Part shown: in pieces, positions 42,507 to 50,509 of the stretch
Layout: every line of letters starts with the position of its first letter
Position numbering within the stretch: the first letter of the stretch is position 1
Assembly: GCA_947630405.1 (NCBI GenBank)
Contig: CANRHL010000001.1
Coordinates: forward strand, 20,822 to 84,821
DNA from: an uncultured Clostridia bacterium
GTDB taxonomy: Bacteria; Bacillota; Clostridia; Christensenellales; UBA1242
Length of the DNA stretch: 64,000 bases
Reading direction: 5' to 3'
Made by a program: the position numbers and the translations under genes
Notes under the pieces: generated by a model
What the model saw: the letters and a program-made list of their open reading frames with translations, nothing else
What the model was told of the DNA's origin: nothing
Databases searched by the model: none

Positions 42507-43082
42507 TTAAAAAGTTTTATCATCAGTGTTTGAAAGTTTTTCTTCCAAGTCTTCAAAAAGTTGCTCTGTTTCTTTCTGCCTTTGATAGAACGACCATTCT
42601 GCAATGGCACGGAATAATTCTAACACTCCAGGGCTGTCAATATCATTTTGTTCAGCTTTCATAAATGATAAAGGATTTTCATAGGCTTTGTCTAAGTCCT
42701 CTGCAACTTCCTTACTATAATCTAAAGTAATGATATCTGATTGTATGAAAGGAACAACAATAGTTTTTGAGCCGTCCTCAAACGACACAACAAAATAGCC
42801 ATTTTTAAATTCTGAAATTTTGGCGGTTTTGTTTAAATCAATGCATCGCCAAATAGTTTTTTTCTCTGTGCTACCAACAAAGAATAAACTAACAAAATCT
42901 GGATGCTCTTCTTCATAGGTATCTGTTCTAAACACATACAAACCGTTATCAAAATCAGCATCTGTTAAATTTTTGTCTAGCCATCGCCTTATTTCAAAAT
43001 AAGAGCGACATTCGGTTAATTGTTCAACAGCAGCGGGTTTAACATATTTTAAATCCATAATTTTTTTATTATTTTCTTTCAT
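42507..43082 (-). CDS. hypothetical protein (191 aa)
   Basis: AAGGAG RBS before the ATG at 43082; no family recognised. Confidence 0.5.
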   Translation of the reverse strand: MKENNKKIMDLKYVKPAAVEQLTECRSYFEIRRWLDKNLTDADFDNGLYVFRTDTYEEEHPDFVSLFFVGSTEKKTIWRCIDLNKTAKISEFKNGYFVVSFEDGSKTIVVPFIQSDIITLDYSKEVAEDLDKAYENPLSFMKAEQNDIDSPGVLELFRAIAEWSFYQRQKETEQLFEDLEEKLSNTDDKTF

Positions 43083-43181
43083 AAAATTCTCCTTTTGTTT
43101 TTTTATTATAGCACAGGGGGGGGTTGTCAATACCTTTTTAAAAATTTTTTGAAAAATTTTGTTGGAACGCAATTTGCGATG

Positions 43182-43961
43182 CTAAGTGCCTGTGCTTTGA
43201 TATTTCTTTATGCACCAATTAAAGAATAGCACGCACGGGATTATAAATAGTGAGCCAACTAGCGGCGAAATTGCGTAAATCACTTGTGGCAAACTGCCGT
43301 AACCCATTAGGTAAGAGATTGGCAGATAATTAAAGCAAGCAAACGGCAAAATGAAAGTGAAAATGCGGGCAAGCCATTTGTTGTAAACGTTAATTGGGTA
43401 AAACGAAAGTTCTTTTCCGCCGTTAGTTATAATGTTAATAAACTCCAAATTTTCAACAGTGAAAACGCTAACGCCTGCGCCAATCATAAATATGCCGGTT
43501 ATAACCACCACGCCGCAAATGTAAACCGAAATTAGCACCAGCACTTTATAAATTGTCCAACTAATTGCCAAATGCATAAGCGCGATTATTGAAACCACAA
43601 TTCCAAGCACAACGCGCCCGAGTTTTGAAAATTCAATGTTGTTTGCAAAAATTTGGAAGTGCAAATTTACCGGGCGGATGAGCATTCTATCAAGCGTGCC
43701 GGTGCGAATCAATTTTGCAAATTCATCGTAGCCACGCGCAAAACATTCGGCAAACGAAAACACGGTTGTTATTATGCCAAACATTAATAGTGTTTCGTAA
43801 AATCCCCAATATCCAACCGATTTAAATTGCTTAAACATAATCCACACTGTTGCCAATTCGCCAAGCGAGATAACCACCTGAGTTATGGCAATTAAAAGCG
43901 TGTTTAAGCGGTATTGCATTGACGATTTTACGTGCATGTTAAAATATTTGTTATATAGCAT
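43182..43961 (-). CDS. ABC-2 type transporter permease
   Basis: Six predicted TM helices, in an operon with an ABC ATPase. Confidence 0.7.
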   Translation of the reverse strand: MLYNKYFNMHVKSSMQYRLNTLLIAITQVVISLGELATVWIMFKQFKSVGYWGFYETLLMFGIITTVFSFAECFARGYDEFAKLIRTGTLDRMLIRPVNLHFQIFANNIEFSKLGRVVLGIVVSIIALMHLAISWTIYKVLVLISVYICGVVVITGIFMIGAGVSVFTVENLEFINIITNGGKELSFYPINVYNKWLARIFTFILPFACFNYLPISYLMGYGSLPQVIYAISPLVGSLFIIPCVLFFNWCIKKYQSTGT

Positions 43962-43962
43962 T

Positions 43963-44757
43963 TTAACCCCCTTGAATAACCGTCTTTTTAAGCGAGGATT
44001 TTAATAGCAATTTTCCAATTATTATTAATGCAATGAGCCAAGCGAGTGAAATTAAAATTTGAACAAGTGCCGTTTTAATGTCCATATTGCCAATGTAAAT
44101 TCTAAACGGCAAATCGCTTATACACCTAAACGGCATATAATTTAACACATTTTGTAACGCTTGTGGCAGCATTGGAAGTGGCAAATATACGCCACCAAGT
44201 AGGCCAACCACAACATTAACAATTCCGGTTGAGCCGCGCGTTGAAAGTGTTATAAATGTTAAATAAACTGCAAACATTGAAATTGCGCCATTAATTAACA
44301 TACCAATAATTAACGCGATTAAGAACAACAAAAATGCGGGCAAACTAACGGGCAGTGATAGGCGCATGCTGGCTGGCAAAATTGATGCAACCACAATTAT
44401 TGGAATAAAGCGGAGCAAGGTGCTTGCAAGCGTTGAGCCAATGTAACTAAAATACCACTGATTGTATAAATTGAGCGGGCGAACAAAATTATAACAGATG
44501 TCGCCATTTTCAATTTGCGTGCAAACATTTTTTGGCACGTTCACAAAGCGCATTGCAAAGAAGGCTTGGCCAAGCCAAACATATGTTACCATTTGCGCGG
44601 TGGAAAAACCTTCTATTCCCCTGCCCATAAAGGCGGAATAGAGATAGATGTACATAACGCCCCAAAAAAACTGCGTTAATGCACCCGAAATTGCTTTGGC
44701 GCGATATTGAATTTCGCCCTTAAAGTGCATTTTAAAAAGACCAAAATAAGAACCCAC
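43963..44757 (-). CDS. ABC-2 type transporter permease
   Basis: Polytopic membrane protein, paralogous layout to the neighbour. Confidence 0.7.
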   Translation of the reverse strand: MGSYFGLFKMHFKGEIQYRAKAISGALTQFFWGVMYIYLYSAFMGRGIEGFSTAQMVTYVWLGQAFFAMRFVNVPKNVCTQIENGDICYNFVRPLNLYNQWYFSYIGSTLASTLLRFIPIIVVASILPASMRLSLPVSLPAFLLFLIALIIGMLINGAISMFAVYLTFITLSTRGSTGIVNVVVGLLGGVYLPLPMLPQALQNVLNYMPFRCISDLPFRIYIGNMDIKTALVQILISLAWLIALIIIGKLLLKSSLKKTVIQGG

Positions 44758-44765
44758 TTTTCCTC

Positions 44766-45752
44766 CTATATATCATATTCGGTGTAAAGTTTTGCCAAAA
44801 TTTCGTCCACGCTCACCATGTCCACAGAAAAATCTACCAACTCATATTTTTCGCTTATGTGGTTGATAAAATCTCGTGTGTTAAATTCTTTATTATCTGT
44901 TTTAAAAACGGCGGTGTTTTTGTTGTGCGAAACAACTTCGTAGCCTTCAAGTTCCACTTGCGGATACTCTTTTGCAAACTCAACGGTTATGGTTTTTGCC
45001 GTGCCATATTTGTGCTTAATTTCTGCAAAACTGCCGTTATATAAAATTTGACCCTTGCCAATTAAAATGATTTTGTTGGTTAGCGCGTCAACGTCACTCA
45101 TGTCGTGCGTGGTTAAAATAATTGTGGTGTGCCAAGTGCGATTTATGTATTTAATAAAATCTCTAACCGCAAGTTTTGTTACCGCATCAAGGCCGATTGT
45201 TGGTTCATCTAAAAACAAAATTTTAGGTTTGTGAAGTAGCGCACCTGCAAGTTCGCATTTCATTTTTTGCCCAAGTGAAAGTTGCCTTAGCGGACAATCT
45301 AATAGGTCAGTTAAATTAAGCACTTTGGTGAGCAGTGCTAATGTTTCATTAAACTCTTCAGTTGGAATTTTATAAATATCTTTTAAAAGTAAAAAACTAT
45401 CTTTTATTGGCACGTCCCACCACAACTGCGAACGCTGACCGAACACAACCCCTATGTTTTTAACATATTTTTTTCTGTTCTTCCACGGGGTGAAGCCGTC
45501 AATTTTGCAATCGCCCGAAGTTGGCGTTAAAATGCCACTCATAATTTTAATTGTGGTGCTTTTGCCCGCGCCGTTTGGCCCAATGTAGCCAACAATATCG
45601 CCCTCTTCAATTGAAAACGAAACGTCTTTTAACGCGTGAATTATTTTGTGCTGGCGCTTAAATAGGCTTTTAACACCGCCCCAAAATCCTTTGCTTTTAA
45701 GTGGGATTTTGAAATCTTTACAAATGCCGGAAAACTCAATAATTTTTGTCAT
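44766..45752 (-). CDS. ABC transporter ATP-binding protein
   Basis: GPNGAGKST, LSLGQKMKCELAGAL, LFLDEPTIGLD; AAGGAG RBS before the ATG at 45752. Confidence 0.9.
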   Translation of the reverse strand: MTKIIEFSGICKDFKIPLKSKGFWGGVKSLFKRQHKIIHALKDVSFSIEEGDIVGYIGPNGAGKSTTIKIMSGILTPTSGDCKIDGFTPWKNRKKYVKNIGVVFGQRSQLWWDVPIKDSFLLLKDIYKIPTEEFNETLALLTKVLNLTDLLDCPLRQLSLGQKMKCELAGALLHKPKILFLDEPTIGLDAVTKLAVRDFIKYINRTWHTTIILTTHDMSDVDALTNKIILIGKGQILYNGSFAEIKHKYGTAKTITVEFAKEYPQVELEGYEVVSHNKNTAVFKTDNKEFNTRDFINHISEKYELVDFSVDMVSVDEILAKLYTEYDI

Positions 45753-45959
45753 ATGTGCTCCTTTGACAATATAATAAAAATTAATTAAGCCGAAACTAAA
45801 CTTATTTAGTTTACCACAAAATTTTGTTATATGCAACACTTTTTCGCAAAAAAATCAAAAATTTTTCCTAAAATTATCAAAAATCCGCCCAAACCGACCG
45901 AAAAAACAGCACAATTTTAACAAAATTGACTATTGCCAATCTAACATAATCGTATTTTA

Positions 45960-46592
45960 TTAATATTTATTTCGCAACTTATTGTATTTTTCTAAAACTT
46001 GCAAGCCAAAGTCTTTTCCAAACTCTTCATCATCTTCATCGTCAAGTAAATAAATGAAATCACTCATAGGTTTTCCAACTCTTGCATCACCAAAGTCCAA
46101 AATTCCGCAAGGCAAATTGTTTTCATTAAACAACACATGATTTAAACTAAAATCTCCATGCAAAAGCACAAAATCTTTTCTTTTTATTGGCAATATCTGT
46201 TTTTGATTGTGTAGGTCAAACAAAAATTTTGCAATAATATTAGCACATTTTTCTTTATTGCTTTTGCTTAACTTTAAAAATTCTTCTCGACTTAACTTTT
46301 TGCCATTAAGTTTTTTAGAAACCGAATATACAAATTCTTCTTTGCCTGTTTTGAACTTCCCTTTAAATGTCACGTTTGGTATTCCTAAATTTAGTTTGTT
46401 TTGCAATCCTTCCAAAATATTCATTTCCACTTGCAAACAATCACTTGCTTTCTTGTGCTTAGGTAATTTTATAACCAAATTATTATTTATGCAAAATGCT
46501 TCACAATGATTGCCAGCACCTAAAAATTCTACACTTTTAATTTTTAATTTATTTTTAACTATTCTCTTAACATCTTCAATAGTATATTTCAA
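45960..46592 (-). CDS. aminoglycoside phosphotransferase, APH(2'')-like, short form
   Basis: LHGDFSLNHVLF...GILDFGDARVG...DFIYLLDDEDDEEFG closely parallels the APH(2'')-Ia segment HNDFSCNHLLL...GIIDFGDSGI...DFIYLLEDSEEEIG as I recall it. Confidence 0.7.
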   Translation of the reverse strand: MKYTIEDVKRIVKNKLKIKSVEFLGAGNHCEAFCINNNLVIKLPKHKKASDCLQVEMNILEGLQNKLNLGIPNVTFKGKFKTGKEEFVYSVSKKLNGKKLSREEFLKLSKSNKEKCANIIAKFLFDLHNQKQILPIKRKDFVLLHGDFSLNHVLFNENNLPCGILDFGDARVGKPMSDFIYLLDDEDDEEFGKDFGLQVLEKYNKLRNKY

Positions 46593-46637
46593 AATTCACT
46601 CCTAAGTTTGCAAATAAAATTTTATGTTTAATTTATT

Positions 46638-46723
46638 TGGTGCGGTTAAAGGGACTTGAACCCTTACGGTGATGCCACCACTAGAACCTGAATCTAGCGC
46701 GTCTGCCATTTCGCCATAACCGC
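46638..46723 (-). tRNA. tRNA-Leu (anticodon CAG), class II with long variable arm
   Basis: Reverse complement GCGGTTA...CTAGA TTCAGGT TCTAG TGGTGGCATCACCGT AAGGGTTCAAGTCCCTT TAACCGC A CCA. Confidence 0.95.
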
Positions 46724-46866
46724 ACGTCGCAACTCTCACCTTTGCTAGTTTGTTTCGTTACACTACACAAACATAAGCCTAGGGTTCGGTTGCTCCTTAT
46801 CCCCATTAAAAAGCAAGTTTTTAACGGGGACTCCTTTTTTACTTGTAATTTGTTTGCACCGCCATC

Positions 46867-46898
46867 CCCCACTGCAACATTCGTTTTGTGGGGACCCC
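46867..46898 (+). repeat. dispersed hairpin repeat, copy 1 (ccccac-N15-gtgggg-acccc)
   Basis: 31 of 32 nt identical to 50368-50399; related in reverse orientation to 62198-62230. Confidence 0.6.
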
Positions 46899-46973
46899 GT
46901 GTTTTTAAAGAATAAGCCTTTTTTCTATAGCTTGTCGTTAACTCTTTAAAAGTTTTTATTTTATTAGATTGTG

Positions 46974-47555
46974 TTATTTTTGTGTGCGCAATCTATTTAG
47001 GTAGCAGTTGTAGCACATGCCTTCGTAACTTTCGTCTGCGCCGATTTGCACTTCTGCGCCCGTGGTTACAATTTTTCCGTCAACAAGGCGCGCATTAACT
47101 GTTGCTTTGCGCCCGCATTTGCAAACCGATTTAATTTCGCTTAGCGAGTCCGCAATTTCAACTAGCCGTTTGCTGCCTTCAAAAAGTTCGGTTTTAAAAT
47201 TGGTAAGCAGGCCATAGCACAACACCGGGATTTTTTGCGAAATAATTTTTAGTTCGTTAACTTGTTTGGTGGAAAGAAATTGGCATTCGTCAACAATAAA
47301 AACGCTGTTTATAGTTTTAACATAATGCTTGTAAAGGTCAATGAAACTTTCGTTTTTATCAAACTCAATGCACTCCTGCTTTAGCCCGATGCGCGAACTG
47401 ACCATTGGTTTGCCGTCCACCACGCAGCGAGTGTCGGTTTTGGGTTTAAACAAAAACACTTCAAAACCCTTTGTTATGTAGTTAAAGCGGCACATTAAGG
47501 CTTGCGCCGTTTTGCTGCTGCCCATTGCACCATATTTAAAATATAATTTGCTCAT
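46974..47555 (-). CDS. tdk: thymidine kinase
   Basis: GAMGSSKTA P-loop; C-terminal CxxC...CxxC zinc site (CKCGRKA ... CYNC). Confidence 0.9.
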   Translation of the reverse strand: MSKLYFKYGAMGSSKTAQALMCRFNYITKGFEVFLFKPKTDTRCVVDGKPMVSSRIGLKQECIEFDKNESFIDLYKHYVKTINSVFIVDECQFLSTKQVNELKIISQKIPVLCYGLLTNFKTELFEGSKRLVEIADSLSEIKSVCKCGRKATVNARLVDGKIVTTGAEVQIGADESYEGMCYNCYLNRLRTQK

Positions 47556-47670
47556 TTTTTAGCCCTTTATTATTGTAAAATAAAAGCAAAAAAATGTCAA
47601 TGAAAAATGAGATTTTTATTTGTTTGCAACAACAAAACATTTTGAATTTTTTATTTGAGTTTACAATTTT

Positions 47671-48525
47671 TTATTTCTTAAAATTTTCGTTAAAGTGGTG
47701 GAGTTTGTTGCGTTTATCTTTATAAGAAATTAGCGTGTTTAAATTTACGTTTTCAACGCTTTTAAAAATGTTGGCTTCAATCATTGGGTCGGATTGCTTG
47801 AGTTTCGCAATAAGGTCCTTTGTCTGTTTGCGTTTACCTAGTTCGCCGTGCGCGTTTTCGTTTGTGCGCTCGGTAAATTTGCAGGCGCATTGCAAGAAGG
47901 TTAGTTCGTTATATTTTGCAAAATGTTTTATGTCGTCCTCGCGGATTAAATAGAGCGGGCGGATGAGTTGCATGCCCTTAAAATGTGCGCTTTTAATTTT
48001 TGGCATCATGGTTTGGAATTGCCCGCTATAAAGTATGCTCATTAAAATGGTTTCAATAACATCATCATAATGATGGCCGAGCGCAATTTTGTTGCAACCT
48101 AACTCCTTGGCTTTGGCGTAAAGGTGGCCGCGGCGCATGCGCGCGCAAATGTAGCATGGCGATTTTTCAATGTTAATTACATTTTCAAAAATGTTGGTTT
48201 CAAAAATTGTGAGCGGAATTTCAAGTATCTCAGCATTTTTTTCAATCAGCGCGCGATTTTTTTTGTTGTAGCCCGGGTCCATGCACAAAAACACAAGTTC
48301 AAACGGAATTTTGTTGTGGCGCTTTAATTCTTGAAAGAGTTTCGCCATTAAAAAACTATCTTTTCCGCCCGAAATGCACACCGCAATTTTATCGTTTGGT
48401 GCAATTAAATCATAGTCGTTTATGGCGCGGCAAAATTTGGAAAACAGTTCTTTTTTAAACCTTTTTCGTATGCTCTCTTCAACTTGAAAGGCTTTTGTTG
48501 TGCCTTGCTTTTCAATTTTTCTCAT
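47671..48525 (-). CDS. ttcA: PP-loop ATPase, tRNA 2-thiocytidine synthetase TtcA-like
   Basis: CISGGKDS PP-loop; SPCYICARMRRG; start at 48525 taken as a leaderless ATG 6 nt after TGtTATAAT. Confidence 0.8.
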   Translation of the reverse strand: MRKIEKQGTTKAFQVEESIRKRFKKELFSKFCRAINDYDLIAPNDKIAVCISGGKDSFLMAKLFQELKRHNKIPFELVFLCMDPGYNKKNRALIEKNAEILEIPLTIFETNIFENVINIEKSPCYICARMRRGHLYAKAKELGCNKIALGHHYDDVIETILMSILYSGQFQTMMPKIKSAHFKGMQLIRPLYLIREDDIKHFAKYNELTFLQCACKFTERTNENAHGELGKRKQTKDLIAKLKQSDPMIEANIFKSVENVNLNTLISYKDKRNKLHHFNENFKK

Positions 48526-48569
48526 ACAATCATTATAACACAAAAATTAAATTAAAAGCGTTATTTAAT

Positions 48570-48598
48570 TTGAAATAAATATTATTTTATGCTAAAAT
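48570..48598 (+). promoter_or_regulatory. promoter placed for a leaderless transcript of the amidotransferase-like gene
   Basis: TTGAAA (48570-48575), 17 nt ending in TGc, TAAAAT (48593-48598), 7 nt, ATG at 48606. Confidence 0.6.
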
Positions 48599-48605
48599 TT
48601 AACTT

Positions 48606-49316
48606 ATGAAAGAAAAGGTAATAATAGGAATTGTGGCAAAGCACGAACAGACGCGCAGACTTCGTGAAAACACCGTGCTTAGAGATGAAATTAAAGATGC
48701 GATTTTTGCAAATGGCGGAGTGGCGATTGGCATTTTGCCATCCACACGAGATTTGACAATGGTTGATATTGTTAATGAAAATGTAATTTGCAAAAATATT
48801 AACAAATTGCTTAGCACAAAAGAAAAAGAAAATTTAATTGCACAAATTAACCTTTGTGACGGCATAATTTTGGGTGGCGGCAACGGCAGCGATTTTTATG
48901 AAGTGTGGATTGCACTTTATTGTTATAAACACGACATCCCACTTCTTGCAATCTGCGCCGGGCAGAATAATATGATTAGGGCAATTGGCGGCTCTATTAA
49001 AGAGATTAAAGATAAGACGAAACACCATGATATGTATAGTGATTATGTGCACGATATATTTATTAAACCGAACACAAAATTTTACGAAATGGTTAAAACG
49101 ACAAAAATGAAAGTTAATTCTCGCCACAATCGCACAATAGATAACCCAAACAAACTGCAAGTTTCCGCCTACGATGATGATGGCAACATTGAAGTGGTGG
49201 AAGATGCAACAAAAAAGTGTTTTATAGGGTTGCGCTTTCATCCAGAGTCGTTATATTATAAAGATGATTTACATAACAAAATCTTTAAAAAATTTATAGA
49301 GTGGTGCAAAAAATGA
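48606..49316 (+). CDS. class I glutamine amidotransferase-like / peptidase C26 (gamma-glutamyl hydrolase family)
   Basis: LLAICAGQN (nucleophile Cys), GLRFHPES. Confidence 0.8.
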   Translation: MKEKVIIGIVAKHEQTRRLRENTVLRDEIKDAIFANGGVAIGILPSTRDLTMVDIVNENVICKNINKLLSTKEKENLIAQINLCDGIILGGGNGSDFYEVWIALYCYKHDIPLLAICAGQNNMIRAIGGSIKEIKDKTKHHDMYSDYVHDIFIKPNTKFYEMVKTTKMKVNSRHNRTIDNPNKLQVSAYDDDGNIEVVEDATKKCFIGLRFHPESLYYKDDLHNKIFKKFIEWCKK

Positions 49317-50017
49317 AAAAGTTAGAGTTTAATTCAAAATTTTTAAATGAAATTTTTAATGGCAATATTGTTGAGAATTTCGCGTTTGAAAAATCAGGCG
49401 AAAATTATTCCTCTATTATGAGAGCGGTGGAGAAGGCTGGTCAAAAGCAATTTGAATTAAAAACGCTTGTTGAAACGATGAAAAATTCGCGCCTTTTCCC
49501 GTTGTTTAATAAGACAATTAACTCAATCAAATTAGATGTTATTTACAAAAGCCACACGCATGGTATTTGCCATATTGAGCGTACCACATTTTGGGCATTT
49601 TGCCTTTCGGTTTTGTTGAAATTGAACAAAAGAAATTGCTATTTGGCGCTGATTTTGGCAATGTATCACGACACGGGCAGAATTAATGACAAAGAGGATA
49701 GAACGCACGGAAAACGCAGTGCAGAAAAATTAAAAAATTTCGGTTTAAAACTCTCGAAAAGGGAATTAAATATTTTGCAGTGCATTATTGAGGCGCACTC
49801 AATTAACGATAACGAATTTGGCGATTTGTTGGCGCAATATGGCATTAAAGAAAACAAAAAAATTCGCACACTATTTAACATTTTAAAGGATAGCGACGGG
49901 CTGGATAGAGTTAGATTAACCCCGCTTGATATCGACCCTAAATTTTTGCGCACACAATTTTCTAAACAAATTATCCTTTCTGCCTTTACATTAAAACAAA
50001 TTTATGATATAATATAA
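49313..50017 (+). CDS. HD-domain phosphohydrolase
   Basis: HTHGICH ... MYHDTGR HD motif. Confidence 0.7.
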   Translation: MKKLEFNSKFLNEIFNGNIVENFAFEKSGENYSSIMRAVEKAGQKQFELKTLVETMKNSRLFPLFNKTINSIKLDVIYKSHTHGICHIERTTFWAFCLSVLLKLNKRNCYLALILAMYHDTGRINDKEDRTHGKRSAEKLKNFGLKLSKRELNILQCIIEAHSINDNEFGDLLAQYGIKENKKIRTLFNILKDSDGLDRVRLTPLDIDPKFLRTQFSKQIILSAFTLKQIYDII

Positions 50018-50029
50018 AAGTTGCGACGT

Positions 50030-50117
50030 GGAAAGTTGTCAGAGAGGTCGAATGTGCCGCTCTCGAAAAGCGGTAAGGTGAAAGCCTTCGGCGGTTCGAA
50101 TCCGCCACTTTCCGCCA
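50030..50117 (+). tRNA. tRNA-Ser (anticodon CGA), class II
   Basis: GGAAAGT...CCGCT CTCGAAA AGCGG, long variable arm, GGCGGTTCGAATCCGCC ACTTTCC G CCA. Confidence 0.95.
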
Positions 50118-50135
50118 AGAATTAAAATCAACTTG

Positions 50136-50196
50136 TTAGGTGGCGGATTGTGCACCTTGTGCACTCCGCAAAAATTGCGGCGAACCGCCGGGCGTG
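50136..50196 (+). repeat. 61-63 nt structured repeat, copy 1 (ggcgg ... gtgcac-ctt-gtgcac ... ccgcaa-aaa-ttgcgg ... ccgcc)
   Basis: Near-identical to 50441-50503 (three small differences). Confidence 0.6.
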
Positions 50197-50270
50197 TCGG
50201 TCGCAAGTAGGCAAAGCATAGTAAGAATTTTGCTCCCGACAATTGACGCTGCACTTCGTTTGCTTGAATA

Positions 50271-50291
50271 CGAATCCGCCACTTTCCGCCA
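50271..50291 (+). repeat. 21-nt perfect direct repeat of the tRNA-Ser 3' end (att-like scar)
   Basis: cgaatccgccactttccgcca at 50097-50117 (inside the tRNA) and again at 50271-50291. Confidence 0.8.
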
Positions 50292-50367
50292 TGCTCGTGG
50301 TACGCCTTTAAATTGAATTGTTGCGCCACGGCTTACAATTACAATCTTTATGCGACCACTGCGCTTA

Positions 50368-50399
50368 CCCCACTGCAACATTCGTCTTGTGGGGACCCC
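50368..50399 (+). repeat. dispersed hairpin repeat, copy 2
   Basis: ccccactgcaacattcgtcttgtggggacccc, followed at 50422-50436 by taactctttaaaagt, which also follows copy 1 at 46939-46953. Confidence 0.6.
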
Positions 50400-50440
50400 T
50401 TTGCTTATAAAGAGCACTGCGTAACTCTTTAAAAGTCAAA

Positions 50441-50503
50441 TTAAGGTGGCGGATTGTGCACTTTGTGCACTCCGCAATAAATTGCGGCGAACCGCCTGGC
50501 GTG
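50441..50503 (+). repeat. 61-63 nt structured repeat, copy 2
   Basis: ttaaggtggcggattgtgcactttgtgcactccgcaataaattgcggcgaaccgcctggcgtg. Confidence 0.6.
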
Positions 50504-50509
50504 CACTCG

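Noticed and set aside
50039-50417. Two minus-strand ORFs (96 and 93 aa) downstream of HD/tRNA-Ser.
   Set aside because: They overlap tRNA-Ser, the 21-nt att-like repeat and the dispersed repeats. They have no RBS and are products of the locally GC-rich repeat sequence.
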